Shown here one piece after another: positions 49,830-63,247 of a DNA stretch of 63,805 nucleotides (within the stretch, counting starts at the first letter, position 1; the number at the start of each line of letters is the position of its first letter). The notes under the pieces were generated by a model, which made no database searches, was not told the DNA's origin, and saw only the letters and a program-made list of their open reading frames with translations. A program made the position numbers and the translations under genes. The DNA comes from Harriotta raleighana. Its lineage: Eukaryota. The DNA lies in assembly GCA_050575255.1 (NCBI GenBank), contig JBNZDD010013729.1, forward strand, positions 610,591 to 674,395. Direction: 5' to 3'.

Positions 49830-50103
49830 GCATAAGCTTGTTCTGATGTGAAAGGCACTCTATAAATGTAATTTTGTTGTTGTTGGTATAGTTTGGTATG
49901 GTTTCCCTTTCCTCCTTCAAGGCAGGTCTCAAGACCTTCCTCTTTGACTGCCTCTTTGGTTCCCCCCCCCTAACTCTTCCCACTCTCCTTCCCCCTCCCC
50001 CCGATCCCGTGCCATGCTCGGGTCCCGATCTCACTGTTCAACGCTTTGGGACGTCCTCCCGACGTGAAAGGCGCTATACAAGTGTAATTTTGTTGTTGTT
50101 GTT
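49830..50103 (+). mobile_element. Two stacked L2 3' ends
   Basis: SLSSFKAGLKTFLF C-terminus; two GTGAAAGGC(A/G)CT...GTAATTTTGTTGTTG tails. Confidence 0.8.
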
Positions 50104-50495
50104 AGCACTCTATTGCCTCTTAGTCAGAAGGTTGTGGGTCTAAATTTCATGATGGCAACTTGAGCTCTTGAACTAGACTGATACTTAATACAGGGTTGAG
50201 GTTTCATGCTTTGCATGCATTTTAACTGAGGTCCCATCTACCTGCTGATGTGAATGGCAAAGATCCCATGACAGTAATTGAAATAAGGGAGATGCTTCTT
50301 GTATACAGGCCAACAATCACCCCAGTAACAAACTGGCTGTTTATGGAACATTGCTCTGCACAAATTAGCAGTAGCATTCACCTAGAACAAGTCACTACAA
50401 TTTAAAGTAAACCCAGTAAAGCACATTGTTGTAATTTTCCACTATAGCAAAATTCGTGGATTATTTCACTATATCAAAATTCAAGGATTACTTTG
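50103..50495 (+). mobile_element. SacSINE1/AmnSINE1-like DeuSINE
   Basis: GCCTCTTAGTCAGAAGGTTGTGGGT head, GAGGTCCCATCTACCTG...AAAGATCCCATG, TTGCTCTGCACAAATTAGC. Confidence 0.7.
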
Positions 50496-50544
50496 CATCT
50501 GCTTCTCAGAGCACATCAGAAATTATTTTGATGGTCGACGATTG

Positions 50545-50680
50545 TTCTGACAAAGGGTCGTGGCCCGAAACGCTGACTCGCGTTTCCTTTCTCCATAGAT
50601 GCTGCCTGACCTGCTGAGCGTTCCCAGCAATTTCTGTTTTTGTTTCAGATTTCCAACATCTGCAGTATTTTCCATTTTTG
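50545..50680 (+). mobile_element. Penelope-like terminal fragment
   Basis: TCTGACAAAGGGTCGTGGCCCGAAACG...GATGCTGCCTGACCTGCTGAG...TTTCAGATTTCCAACATCTGCAG. Confidence 0.75.
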
Positions 50681-53600
50681 AGAAATGATTGGGATGGTTT
50701 TCTTGAATTTCCTCTAGGTTAGATTTCATTTTGTTTGGTCTAAGAATTCACAGCAGTAGCAAGTGCTTCTAAAACTGCTTCACGTGCAAGAAGCTCTGAA
50801 AGGGCAGAAAGCAGCTGGGCTGGTGGCATTTACTAGCCTCTACTTTCTCTCCTGCACTATAAATGGGTCAGGTTTATCAGCAGGAGGGAAAGTGGGGGGG
50901 GGGTCGCAGAGGGGGCATGGACTTACATTTCAAAATACAGTATACAGAGCTGTTTTCGAAACCGTCTCTGCACTATAAATGACAGTAGGATGACAGAGTT
51001 TAACCAGGATTAATAGCTATTCAGCAGCCAATCTGCTTGTGTCATTTCAATGATCTTCCTAATTACACATAATTATAGCACTCAGGAAGGAAAGTGAATT
51101 AAGTGACGATCAGATGCGATTTCTGAGCACTGGCCAAACCAGTGTATTTACCATCTCCATGGGTGACTGAACTTTATACTTCAAGGCAGCACTATTTTTG
51201 CAATGTATGAATGAATGGTCCCTTAAAAAAAAGTTTTGAAAGTGATTGTTGAGGAAAAGGATGCTCGGAACAGATGGTATAAAATACAACGTCAGGTGGA
51301 ACTGAAGCAGAGCACTATTCTTTGAATCACCACTGTACAATACTGTAACATTGATTTGTGTTCAGGGCCAAATTATTAGCAGGCACACATTTTCTTTAAA
51401 GAAAACATATCAATAATACCTTGTGTTTAATGACAATCTGATGGCTCCATTCATTATATAAATTCCACTACTTTAGAATGCTAAGTCTAAATATTCACAA
51501 GAATTTTTTTAGGTGAAAAAGCATTACAGTCGTAGTAAAGTGCCCTATTAATTAGCTTCAGAAGCACAATTAAAGTTTTTTTTTAAATCAAGAGATTAGG
51601 AGCCTGTTCCTGATGATCACAAAGAAGCATCAGTTTTTTTCCACAGAGATGAAACTTGACAACTGGGTTAAACTCTATTCATCCACACAACTATAGACTC
51701 AGAGACTCTTTGTGCAAATCAGAGATGAAAGCAAACCCTCCAGTGGCTGTCAGCACTTTACTGCATGTTAACCACCACAGTTTTGGTCATTGGAAGTGAG
51801 AAACTGTGAGGTTGGGCACTGAGATTTGTTGGAAAGATCTTGTGCTCCTTCATGACTCATTAACATTGACTGCTCCACGATGTGTAGTTCCCAGTCACCA
51901 TGGACCCCGATAAAACAATAATTCTCACACTATGCTGGCTGTTGTCATCCAGTCAGTCACATCTGTTCAGAGTTAAGGCAGCCTTGTGATTACTGTGTCA
52001 CAGGCCAAAACAAGGGAAACCAAAACAGAACTCAATCTACCTTACATCTTTGGAAGAAGTCGTTGCATTCCTTTCAGAAATTGATATTCAAAATTTTACA
52101 TTTTACGGGTCATGTCATCCTAATAATACAGTAGTTACTTCAACTGTGCCACATGCATATATAGTGTCAAAAGTGATTTTCATTCTGGACTTTTGCATAA
52201 TCTTGGGATGCTTACCCTCAGCAATTTTCCACTTCTAGAATAGAAATTTTATGATTCAAAAATAGTTGAAAGGAAAATATAAACTACTATGAACTAGACC
52301 AATCATCCCAGGTTTTGAAAACTTGATTCCAAAACAGCAGTTCCACAAAATATTACTTTTTAAAAAAAACATTATCTACAAGGGGTCTTCAGAACTAATT
52401 GTGTAACTGACATGCTCCTAATTCTGAAAAGGATAGTCTGAGGAGAAGACAGTACTTTACACTTCAAAAGGCACACTCTAACTCTACTCTTGAATACATT
52501 GATTCATTTGTTATCACCTTAGACATCTGAAAAATATTTGGCAAAGTCTGGCACCATACTCTTCCTAATCGGGTATCTTCTTGTGCCCATGTTTGTTCAT
52601 GGATATGCATTTTCCTCTTAAATTGCTCTGTACTGTATGTAGTTGATTCTCTAACTCAGGCATTTCCCAGTGTACTGTTCCCTATCCAACTCTCCATTTC
52701 ACTGACCCTTCTCTGCTCATCATTCAACCCTATCAACTATTTTAAAAATGACCCCTCTCTACATTTAGAAACTTGTGAACGCCACTTCCATTCCTCTTGC
52801 AGTGCAATGACTTACTCCTTAAACCTTACTTTCATATTTTATCTCAGCCTAGAAAGCAGACAGGAAATGACAATTTGTCTCTGTGTTTTTGAGCTGAATA
52901 AAAGAGAAAAAAATCAATTAAGTCATCAACTTCTGATCACTGCAATTCCTGATCACCCTCTTGGTGAGTGCACATATGATCAATGGATGACAACAACTTG
53001 GCTCTAATTTTCCCAAGAATTCAATTGCCTACTGACACTATGTTCATGGATCAAGAAAGGTGGACACTGTTTGTGTTGGAACATAGCCCAGCAGAATCAT
53101 TGTCTTCTGGAGAGGGGAAGGAACAAATTCACCCTCCCAAAGTTGTGATTTTTGATCCTTCACTCACCGTTACAATCTTTTGCACTAAAGCTCGACAATA
53201 GCAGCTTCAATGTTTGACATTTCTAGCTAAAATAATCAAGCAGGGAGATCTCGTGTGCATCCTGGAACATCACCGTGTCTGAGAGTACACATCTTAGACA
53301 TGTTAGGGAACGAATCTGCAACCACCAACTCTGGGAAAGTATAGTGTTACTGTATATTCCTTCTGACACGTCAGTATCATGTAAAGGTGGGTGACTCTGG
53401 ATCCGATACCAGGCTGTACTGCTGTGGGTATCAAATCTGCAGGTGACCAATCATTTGATGAAAGATCAAGCAATTTAAGAACATTATTCCATAACTACAC
53501 CATCTGCATTGGCGTCCTTCCAGAGGCCGCAGTGTTTTGCCTTTTCCCCTTCAAGACAAGTCAAGTATGTTCACTTGTATAATCAAAAGCTATTCAATTA

Positions 53601-55144
53601 ACAATGCCCTAGAACAAGGCAAATAAATTCAGCAGCTAACTAATAGTAGAACGATGGATAATTCAAAGGGTCAATGTAATGTACAGCAATGCAGGGGGAA
53701 ATTTTTTTGGGTAGAGATTTGTACCACATTATACCTGTAACCTCCCACAGCACTGTTTCTGCTGCAGGCTGTTATTCATCTATTAGGTCCTGTCACCTTC
53801 AGCTTTGTGCCCAAGCTAAACTATTTGCCAACAGTAAAACCCAGGCACTATTCAATAGTGTAGCATGGTCTAAATAAAAACAAAGCAGTCCAATAGCAGG
53901 TCAGATTACAGAACATTTATAATGTCATTGATGGACAAAAGCACAGAACGTCTTCAAAATGCACAAATTTAATAAAAGATTAAAACAGAAACATTCCAAT
54001 TTAAAATAGTACATAAACTAAGCCACTAAACAGCAGATATTTCTCTTTGAACATCACATAGCCCAGTATAGCACTGTGATCTTTTACAATAAAATGAAAA
54101 GCCTACATGATAAAATGAGATTTCAAATGTTGCTGAAGGGCAAGTTGTTCAGAGTTCATAGGAAGGATAAAATGCACACACATTTTCCATGGCCTTTCCA
54201 TTTTATTACACCTTTGCTATGAGGTACAATTCACATTGCAATTGCTATTTTGTTTGATAATTCAAGGCTAGCCATAATCCCAGCAGTCAGATAATGTGGC
54301 TGTATGTGGCTGTAATGCTGTTTCACAGGGCAATTCATTCATTTTTTGCTGTGAGACAGCATGCTTTAAAGCAAAATGAACACTCCTGGCAATATTAAAG
54401 TATAAATAAAAATAAGACTCAGCCTTCCTGATTGTATTCAAGATTAAGTGGGGGGAAATGTGGTAATACAATTTCAACAAAAATGCACTCATTGATTTTG
54501 AATGATCAGGAAGTGTCACAGCCTTCTCATACTTCATAATTAAATGAAATTCTAAAACAAAGGTTGAAGAGGATGCATTACAAGGGTAACAGACGTATTT
54601 AGTCCGGCATCAAAAGCAATGATTTCAAAGCAATCCTTTGAGCACAACTGTGTGATTCACAATAAACTAAAAAACAGGACCTCGTACAGTTTATGAACAG
54701 ATATTCATACAGCAGAAATAACCAACCATTTTATAACCTAATTTGCTCAGAAACTCAGATGATTTCCACATTAAGATGAAAAACAGACAAATACAGGTTA
54801 CAACCTGCAAAAGGTGTCATTTCCCTCTGATCCAGTTGCTATGATAAAGTCAGGAAACTATGCTGGGGGCATTTTCAGCATCATTAGCATGACCAAAATC
54901 CTTTCTGAAGTTGAAAGATGGACTGTAGTCCAGGGAGACACCAAGAGAATGGAAGGGAGCAGACCACCACTATCTATTGACTACTAAACAAGCACCTTTA
55001 GCAAAATATGAAATTTCAAGAGACTTAAAGAATAATCCGTGGTTTTTGATCATGTCTGACCTTCTCTTCAGAGAATTGCTATATAATGTACCCATTGTGT
55101 ATTTGCAGACAAACACAGCATGCATTTTGCGCACAACATATTTA

Positions 55145-55270
55145 CTGTCCTGAAGGATGGCACCCCTAAAACTGCATTGGGGTGTCAGCCTGGAGCTCAA
55201 AATCCCAATTTTTGGCTTGTACCCACATCCTTCTGACCCAAGGGCAAGAGTACGTCCAACTAAAACAAGA
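55145..55270 (-). mobile_element. DeuSINE 5' fragment
   Basis: CTGAAGGATGGCACC...GTCAGCCTGG...ACCCACATCCTTCTGAC. Confidence 0.55.
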
Positions 55271-57047
55271 TGTCACTAGACTCAGGTGTCAGCTTGGCTG
55301 AGCCACACTAAGAAAATTAAAAAAAAGTCTTTTACCAGAATTTAATTAATATTACTTTATTCAGGATAACAAGTCATTCACATTTCACTACCACTCTTCT
55401 TCCTAGTGCAAGCATGAAAGTACAATGTAATAGGGAGTGTCTTATAGGCAACAATCAAGCTGAGGAGTTTATACAGGGATGGATACTTACGGATGAACTA
55501 TTTTAATGAACTACAAAAGTCTAATAATCCTCCTTATTATCAAAACAAAATATTAATGCCTAGTTGTTGGTGACTTCAAACTTTGTTTTTCGTACTTTAG
55601 AAGCCTTTGGAAGTAAACAGGCAAAGAGACTAGTTACGTTTTGAGTATGCTAAGATGACAGAGCACTATGTAAGGGTGACTGACATTTATTCATCAGTAA
55701 CCCAGTTACATTCTCTACACTTGCAAAGAAACTCTAGTTCACTTTCAACTGAGCTGACATCAATAAAATAAACTGAAAGATGCTGATTCTGTAAAAGAGC
55801 ACTACTTGAACTGAATACTTCCAGGAAAAGATTTACCATAAATTGGCAAAACATAATAAAATCTACCTAGGAAAGGTAGGAATAAATGCAGAAATATTAC
55901 AGTAGTTAAACAGCTTTAAAATTATTTAGATACACACAATATAAATACAGTATAGATGAACTCCAAACTTTTCTGTCTTATATCATTTATTATACAGTTT
56001 ATTTGTAGTTTCACTGTTGCTAACAAGTTGTATTTTTCTTAATTTTATATATTTCCATATGTGGTACAGAGGAAAGACAGAAATGAACAAGTGGATTCTA
56101 TTTAACATCAGCTATTGCCTTACAAAGATCAGATAAACAGTCTGTGCTGTAGGTCATTTTATTACTGTCTGGCACACTGGATTTGCAACAGAGTGGCTTA
56201 TTTCCCAAATGTGCAATGAGGTTAGTGGATTAATCTGTAATGACTGCTGTGACAAATGTTGTCCCTTGCCTTTTTCCATTGGGACATTTATATCATAAAT
56301 ACTGAGTGATGGCTCTTTTGAAGGATTTTATTTAATAAAAAGAAACTAAATTTCATAAAGGATCCTCAAGATGTGAAAATACACACAATCCACCCAGGTT
56401 AATCTACACCTTTAAGGTTATAAGAAATCCTTCAATCTCCACAATGCCGCATTTACAAATGTCCCTGTGGCTTGTATGATTATGAGAGACTGTGGTTTAC
56501 AAATATTTGCAACACTAACAGTGAGTTCAATCCTGCAATTCTTTGCACAGTGAAATCTCTTCTCCAGTTCTCAATGTGACAGAGATTGTAAACTTGCCAG
56601 CAAGCAAGAAAGAGTACAAGTGAGAGACATACAGCGGGATAAAGACATGTGCACAGACAAAGACAACATTTATTTTAAAAATTGTTGGGTGACTTAAAGC
56701 AGCATTCACCGAGTCTCTTTCAAGCTTGAGGGCATGACCATTGATGGTTTGGAATTACACGTACATAAAATTCGAAAGGAGAAAGGGCAGCATACAAGTA
56801 AATATTTTTGACGCAAAATTAATTCTGAACTAAATTGACAGAAACAGTCTGATTGAAACAGGAGTGTTTCTCCAGCCTCAAGCACAGTTCTAGCAATTTG
56901 CCCCAGTGAGAATCATACCCTGATTCAAAACAGAGATACAGTGTAAATAGCAATGATATTGAACGCCCAGATTTCGTGCTGAAAATCATGATTTGCATCA
57001 AAATAAAGTACAATATTTAAAGCCTCCCCCTCCCAACATGCGCCAGT

Positions 57048-57140
57048 TCTGACTCAGGGTCATGGACCTGAAACGTTGACTTACTTTTCCTTTCTCAGTA
57101 ATTGCTGCCTGACCTGCTGAGTGTTCCCAGCAATTTTTTT
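57048..57140 (+). mobile_element. Penelope-like terminal fragment
   Basis: GGGTCATGGACCTGAAACGTTGAC...GCTGCCTGACCTGCTGAGTGTTCCCAGCAA. Confidence 0.72.
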
Positions 57141-57274
57141 TCATAAAGTACGATATGATGCTGCCAATTCAGTAAATTAGTGTCAGGACTGAGATCATTG
57201 AAAGCTCTACAACCCATTGCAAACAATGCATTGCCTATTTTAAAACTTTTTTTTTTTTAAAAAACCCTTCAAAG

Positions 57275-57680
57275 CTCAGTTGATTACACTGTGTAATATA
57301 AAATTGATGCATAAAGAGCAAGTGGAATCAAAGTTTAATCTCCAATTAACTAATCTCAAGGCAGCAGTTTGGGCGCTACAATTATCCTCAGTGTCCAATG
57401 GCCTTGCGACTAAATAAAAACAATCAGCGAGAACCAGAGTCTGTTCAAGTTCATGTATATGGAAAATTGATCAGGAACAGGTTTGTGAGAACAGATCGAC
57501 AATGAAGGCTCCATGGCACTATTCTCCCAATGTTATGATCAACAATCAATCCCCAAGTCATTCACATCACTCCCTTCAAATATACACTTACTGCACTCCA
57601 CAGTAAATCCTGTGAAGCGTTTTGAGATGTTTTCCCATTGTGTAAGGTGCTACCTCAAATACAAATATTACTATGTTTTA
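57275..57680 (+). mobile_element. Ancient AmnSINE2-like SINE with L2-type tail
   Basis: TAATCTCAAGGCAGCAGTTTGGGCGCTACAATTATCCTCAGTGTCC...AATCAGC; CTGTGAAGCGTTTTGAGATG tail. Confidence 0.55.
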
Positions 57681-58475
57681 TTATGATCAAGCAGCCTGCC
57701 AAAACTCTACCTTATCTTACTTATTGAAAACTTTAGTAAGTTTTATTTGAAAGTGAGATACCTGTAAAACCAACCATCTAAGAATGAATCTGTTTTCACA
57801 GGAGATTTTTTTAAAAAAAAGTCCATCACTACCATTCGATTCATGCTGACTGATAATGGGTGTGCTATGTATGTGTGGAGCTCTGTCCCTCTTTCACTCA
57901 GCAAGTGGACAAGGCTTCCTGCTTGCATCAGTAAAACAATCCAATTGACATGACTGGTTATTCAGACTCAGTTGGGTTTTAATAGAAGTGGAGTAAAACA
58001 AAAGGCCAACTGTTGACAACTCTTCAATGTGACATGCCAGCAATTTGCCTATGAAGCAGTAAAGTGTTTTAACAGCACAAAGTGCTTTAATAAACAAGAT
58101 GAATAATAATGGTAGGATTGTTTAAATTGGAAATAATGTTCATTGGTTAGCACACCAAGTGTGTACATGTGAGCACTGCTCTTGAACTGTATAAACCACT
58201 TGAAAATAAGAGCCAAATTCTTTCTCCCACGTAAGCGTCAAACTGCCTGAAGCTTATTGTGAAAAATGCTATAAAATCTCTCACGTTACATTTTGGAAGA
58301 ATTTGAACAATGGCACAAAGTATCGCCATGGATACGCTGGGGCTCACTGGACTTGTGAGGAAAACTTCCCAGCCAGTCAGAAAGCGGTCCTCGAAAAGGT
58401 TATGCTGAGGAAAGCATTAATCTAGCCTGGTAGAAAGGTAAATAGACAACACTATAAACACACACAACGGATCCC

Positions 58476-58720
58476 TTGATGGTAAAGTGGATAAATGCAC
58501 CACGTGGCACTGTACTAAGCTATACAAATCAGAAAGTCCCAGGTTCAATCTGTGGTCTGTGCTAAATTAGCTGATCTCAGCTAAACACATGTGGGAGGGA
58601 GCATTACAATACGGTGTCCTCAGGCTAGGGTGGGAAATTAAATAGCCAGGATTTTCTCCCACTGTAAATTGCACATGTAAATGTTAGCTTAAGATCTGGA
58701 ACAGTACTGCCATACGTCAT
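58476..58720 (+). mobile_element. Ancient AmnSINE2-like SINE
   Basis: CCCAGGTTCAATCTGTGGTCTGTGCTAAATTAGCTGATCTCAGC...GGCTAGGG...AGCCAGG. Confidence 0.6.
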
Positions 58721-58801
58721 TGCCTTCAGGAGACAACACCCACAAATACGGGTTTTGCCTTTCCAAAACCGAACAATGATGGAAACAAATCTAAGGAATT
58801 A

Positions 58802-59402
58802 CAGTAAAAGCTTGTTTATCCGGCATCCACGGGACCTGACCAGTGGTAGTTAAACGGTTTTCCTGTTGAACTTTTTTTAAAATTAAATGCAAAATTAACG
58901 CATACTATATTAATAATAGACTAAATAATAGATAACAATATTGTATGAGTACTTGTAAATATTGTACACTGTACCATATAAATAATAGAGTAAATACTAT
59001 AATGACAGATACTGTAATAACAGAATATTGTATGGCTACTTTATTGTAAATGTTGAACAATACTATATAAATAATAGACTAAATACACTAATAACAGATA
59101 CTATAATATCAGAATATTGTATTAATACTTTATTATTTCTACTTAACTTCTGCAATGGCGGCCCCACAGAGGAAAACAAAATGGCAGCGCGACTTTTCAA
59201 AAAACGGCAGGAGCGAGTTTAAGCTTGACCAGCGGCCAGCCGAAATACCCGTATCAGTACTTGCGTGCAACAATCGATTAATTAAATGCGTCATCACTAC
59301 TCTCCCGGATAACTTCCGGTTTATCAAATCGGGACTTTTGTTGAGATTCCGGTTCAACAAGTTTTCTGGTTCATCTAGTCATGGATAAACGGGCTTTCAC
59401 TA
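58802..59402. mobile_element. Tc1/mariner (Tigger/pogo-like) non-autonomous DNA transposon
   Basis: TIRs CAGTAAAAGCTTGTTTATCC and GGATAAACGGGCTTTCACTA, TA at both flanks, subterminal TTCCGGTT(T/C)A repeats. Confidence 0.8.
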
Positions 59403-60687
59403 TACAAGGTTATCACACAAATAACGTAACGCACAATGTAGAAGCACATAGGTTTAAATTCAAACTGCAATGTTTAATGAGTACCATTGTATACCAACAT
59501 TTATTGGTGAACACAGGATGTCAGAAGAAGAATTAGACTGGTTTAGTTATCATTACTCCCTCCCTTTCCTTCTCCCGAGTAGCTGCCCATTAGGTGCTTG
59601 CTGATATTCAGTCTGAGTTCATATATGAAGACTAGCAACTCCAGTGAGATACAAATGGCTAATAATGCCCTTGGAGCCATACTTGAACTCAAGTCACTTG
59701 CTGCTTTCAGAGTGGGGAAAATTCAGTGGAGAAGATTAAAGACTAGTCTAGTTGTGCTGAAATATGAACTGCTCTACATTTACTAAGAACTGGATTAGAA
59801 CTGACCAAAGCCATCTTACTTGGGTCTCCCAAAGCCAACAAATAAAAGAGTTTCAGTCTATTACTCAGGGCTACATTTGAAACTAGTTGCAGAGGTCAGG
59901 GACAGTACTGAAGATCTCTTGTAAACTGAAAATTCCAGCACACTGTAAGAAATTCAAACCCAATGGAACTAACCACTAATTAGATTTATCACTGAGGGCA
60001 TGGGCTCCTCTTTAGTATGGATTACATTGAATTAAGGACATTGAATTATAGACCCATTTAAAATGAATCCACATTTCTAGAAATTATTTGGGTTAACGAT
60101 TCCAATGGAACCACTATTCCCATTCAGTTTCCAATTATCATGCATACTAATGGGTAGAGTGGTTCTAGATGGACAAGTAACAGCAAGTTTCCCAAAGTCC
60201 TCCCCCTGCCCCAGCCTACTTTTATGAGTCCCAACAGCTGGAAGTGGAGTCTCTCAAACAGGGCAAGGATTTCCTTGCATGTCAGTTTCCTGGCTGACAA
60301 ACATCAATTTAGCATTAATGTGGAACTGCATTTTTTTCATAAATCTGCCAAATTTATTCTCATTTGCATCCAGGCTCCCTTTGAAACATGAGGTGAAAGG
60401 GTATTATGGTCTGTCAAACTGATTATACATGGAACTCAAAATTACATTTTCAGAGTATCACTGAATTGGGCAGTCGTCTTTCTTCTCTCAAGACTGGAAG
60501 CTGTTACAAAGTGACCATGCTGAGGATGGAGGTAAAGAGAGAAGTCGTGGTGGTATTCCTTTAATATCATGGTGATCATGTATGTAATCCTTCTTCTTGA
60601 CACCATGTTCCAAAATGACTTCTGCAATGGCTGGCAGCAACCACATCCTGGATTTTAATAAAGCTTTTTTTATGACAGCTGTGACTA

Positions 60688-60761
60688 AGGGGGTTATTCT
60701 GCTCCGTTCACTATGTGTAGTGATTCTTTTGATGTGCATTTAAGGAGCAGAATAACCCCCT
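60688..60761. repeat. Perfect 18-bp hairpin with a 38-nt loop
   Basis: AGGGGGTTATTCTGCTCC (60688-60705) / GGAGCAGAATAACCCCCT (60744-60761). Confidence 0.9.
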
Positions 60762-60794
60762 CAAGTCTTTTTTATGTGTAAAAGCTAAAATAGC

Positions 60795-60950
60795 AGGATC
60801 GGATTGTGTAGTGAATCAACTTCCCACCTTTTAAGGCGATGGTTTAAATCTAGCCAAGGCAACACTGACTATAAGGATGCAACTAAAAACAACTTATTTG
60901 GGCAATTTCAATCTAGTTCCTAGAAGATATTGCCCAATATGTCAAATTCA
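60795..60950 (+). mobile_element. LF-SINE-like fragment
   Basis: CACCTTTTAAGG...GGTTTAAATCTAGCCAAGG...TTTGGGCAATTTCAATCTAGTTCCTAG. Confidence 0.4.
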
Positions 60951-61064
60951 GAGAACCAATAAGAATAGCTGGTGCAGGAAATGAAAAAATTCACTATTTT
61001 AAAGGTGTTGGGCATCTTTTGTTGTGGCACAGTAGAGGGCACAATATATTTCTTAAAATACTTT

Positions 61065-61196
61065 CACAACAACAGCAAAATTACAATTATGGAGTGCCTT
61101 CCACCCCGGGAATTGTTGTTTAAATTGTTGTTTAAGCGCTCTGAGATGCCGTCCGGCGTGGAGGGCGCTATATAAATCAAAGTTGTTGTTGTTGTT
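61065..61196. mobile_element. Two L2-type tails in opposite orientation
   Basis: (CAA)n-AAATTAC...GTGCCTTCCAC on minus and AAGCGCTCTGAGATGCC...GCGCTATATAAATCAAAG(TTG)n on plus. Confidence 0.65.
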
Positions 61197-61689
61197 AAAT
61201 GTCAGAAATAGAATATTTGATGCCAAAACCTTCTCTGGATGTGAATGCAGGTTCTCATGATGAAACTGCAATTTAGTCCCCAATTTAATAGACTTAAGTC
61301 AGAGTTTCTCCTCCTATTTCTTGCATGTTAATTTATTTGTGTCTCTTCTCCATCCCCACAAAGAAGATACAAACATATTTGACCTCTAGATCTGTGCCAA
61401 GACAGCCTTTCAGAGTACAATCTTCAGTGTGGGACACTGGCAAAGATTAAGACACTGGCACTTAATCTTGGTGCACAATGAAGTTTGGACATTTTTCTTG
61501 TTTCTAAGTGTAATTCATAGCTTCTTGCTTCACAAAGTTAAGTCATTTGTTCATTTGAACGGATTATGTTCAACACAATCAAAAGACAGAAGAAGCCAGT
61601 TTTTTTATGACCTTTTTGTTCAGGTTAATCTGTTCAAATTGTTCAGTCTGAAACATCAATATTCCAAACATCTGGATGTGATACAAGAA

Positions 61690-61780
61690 CAATTCACTTT
61701 ACAGTATATTCTCTGAAGCGCTTTGAGACGTCTAAAAGACGTGAAATTCAAATGCAAGATTTATTATTTATTTATTATTA
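61690..61780 (+). mobile_element. SINE 3' tail fragment
   Basis: CAATTCACTTTACAGTATATTC...GAAGCGCTTTGAGACGTC. Confidence 0.85.
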
Positions 61781-62944
61781 GAGTATTGTGGCCAACATCT
61801 GGAAGTGTTAGGAGATCCTCAAGAACACATCAGAAACAACACTTAGCTTTTGTAACTGTCTGATACTCATATATAATTGGTCACTATGTACTATTGACAA
61901 CTGGGGCAAAATAGCTGTTGATTCCATCAGAAAATATCAGATAAGCAAATGGTTCTGTTAAGTGAACAGAAAGTCTAATCTGTCCTCCATCTGTGCCCAC
62001 TGCACTCAAATGTGTAACATGAGACTTTTAGCTGAACATTCCTGTATTTAGAGTTCAAATTACACAAGTTGCATGCAGTGCCCTTCCTAACACAACTATG
62101 GAAGTACAGTTTTGTATGACCAGAAGGGAGGAATTAAAAATGAAAGCAATGAGGTTTCCAACCTTATATAAATTTAGATGCTGTAATCATTTCAAGCAAA
62201 CAAATTAAAGAGCAGCAAAAATCTTAAAACAGTGTGGAACTGAAGGATAGGAAATCAGCAGCGCCACTTAAGACAGTCTACTGAAGGGTTGCAATTTTGT
62301 TCTAGATGGACGGCACTAGAAGCAGAGCAGCACATGCTGCCTCTTGAGACACAGCATAGCAAAGACATAATAGAATCATCTGAGGTTTTACACTTTGAAT
62401 TTTCTTCAGTCTAAATAAGGCATTCCTGAATTGGGTGTTATCTACATTTTTACCTCAGCATTTCAAGTTTATTATTATGTGGCTTTACAACATGCAACAA
62501 ATATTGTGAATCTTCTCCATTCAATTTGCTCCCATTACTGTACACGGCCATTCGTTCTCACTATGTATTACGGGAATCTCATTAAAGTTCCGTTCAATAA
62601 GAGTGTTGCCTCACTTGCACTGTGGTGCAAATGTGCACGAGGATACCAAGCTTCTGGTGCTGACTAGCTGGTTTCCCTACATTTAAATACACCCGACTTT
62701 AAGGTTGTTACTAACATCAGTTTTGGATTGTTATTCCTGTAGAAAGCGATGTCAATGGCAACCTGGTGACCCGGAAATCAGCCATTTTTTGCACTTCAGT
62801 TACAATACAGCTGCTGAGGCACTGGATTGTCAAATGAATATGACACGTTTTCCCTGCAGTTGGTCACTCTGTCTTGAAAACTGACATCCAAACTTTAGTC
62901 TCAAAATGTAATTTTGTTGTTGTTATATTTGCTGCAGTGTTCAT

Positions 62945-63247
62945 TAGTCTAGCAGTTGAAACGTGGCAGCCAATTGTTCCAGAAACAGTCATGGATTGAG
63001 TGACCAAATTAGTACAGTTAACCCTTGTCGATCGCGGGGATTACATTCCTGGAAAACTGCGCACTCAGTAAAATCACGTTGAGTAAACTTAACAACTAAT
63101 GGGAAAGTGGGGATTAGGGGAATTCAGTCACAGGCGACCCACCTCAAACCTCCAGGCACATCCACACCCAACCAATGCAAGGTAGATCGAAGCCAGGTCT
63201 CTCGTTTGCAAGGTGAGTGCTCTAACAACTGAGCTACCTGATTCCAC
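62945..63247 (-). mobile_element. SINE interrupted by a Tigger-like MITE fragment (63014-~63160)
   Basis: SINE core at 62945-63010 and head at 63185-63247; TA|CAGTTAACCCTTGTCGATCGCGGGGATTACATTCC TIR between them. Confidence 0.7.

Noticed and set aside
60442-60739. Minus-strand ORFs as a possible upstream exon of the right-hand gene
   Set aside because: There is no polypyrimidine acceptor and no recognisable protein.
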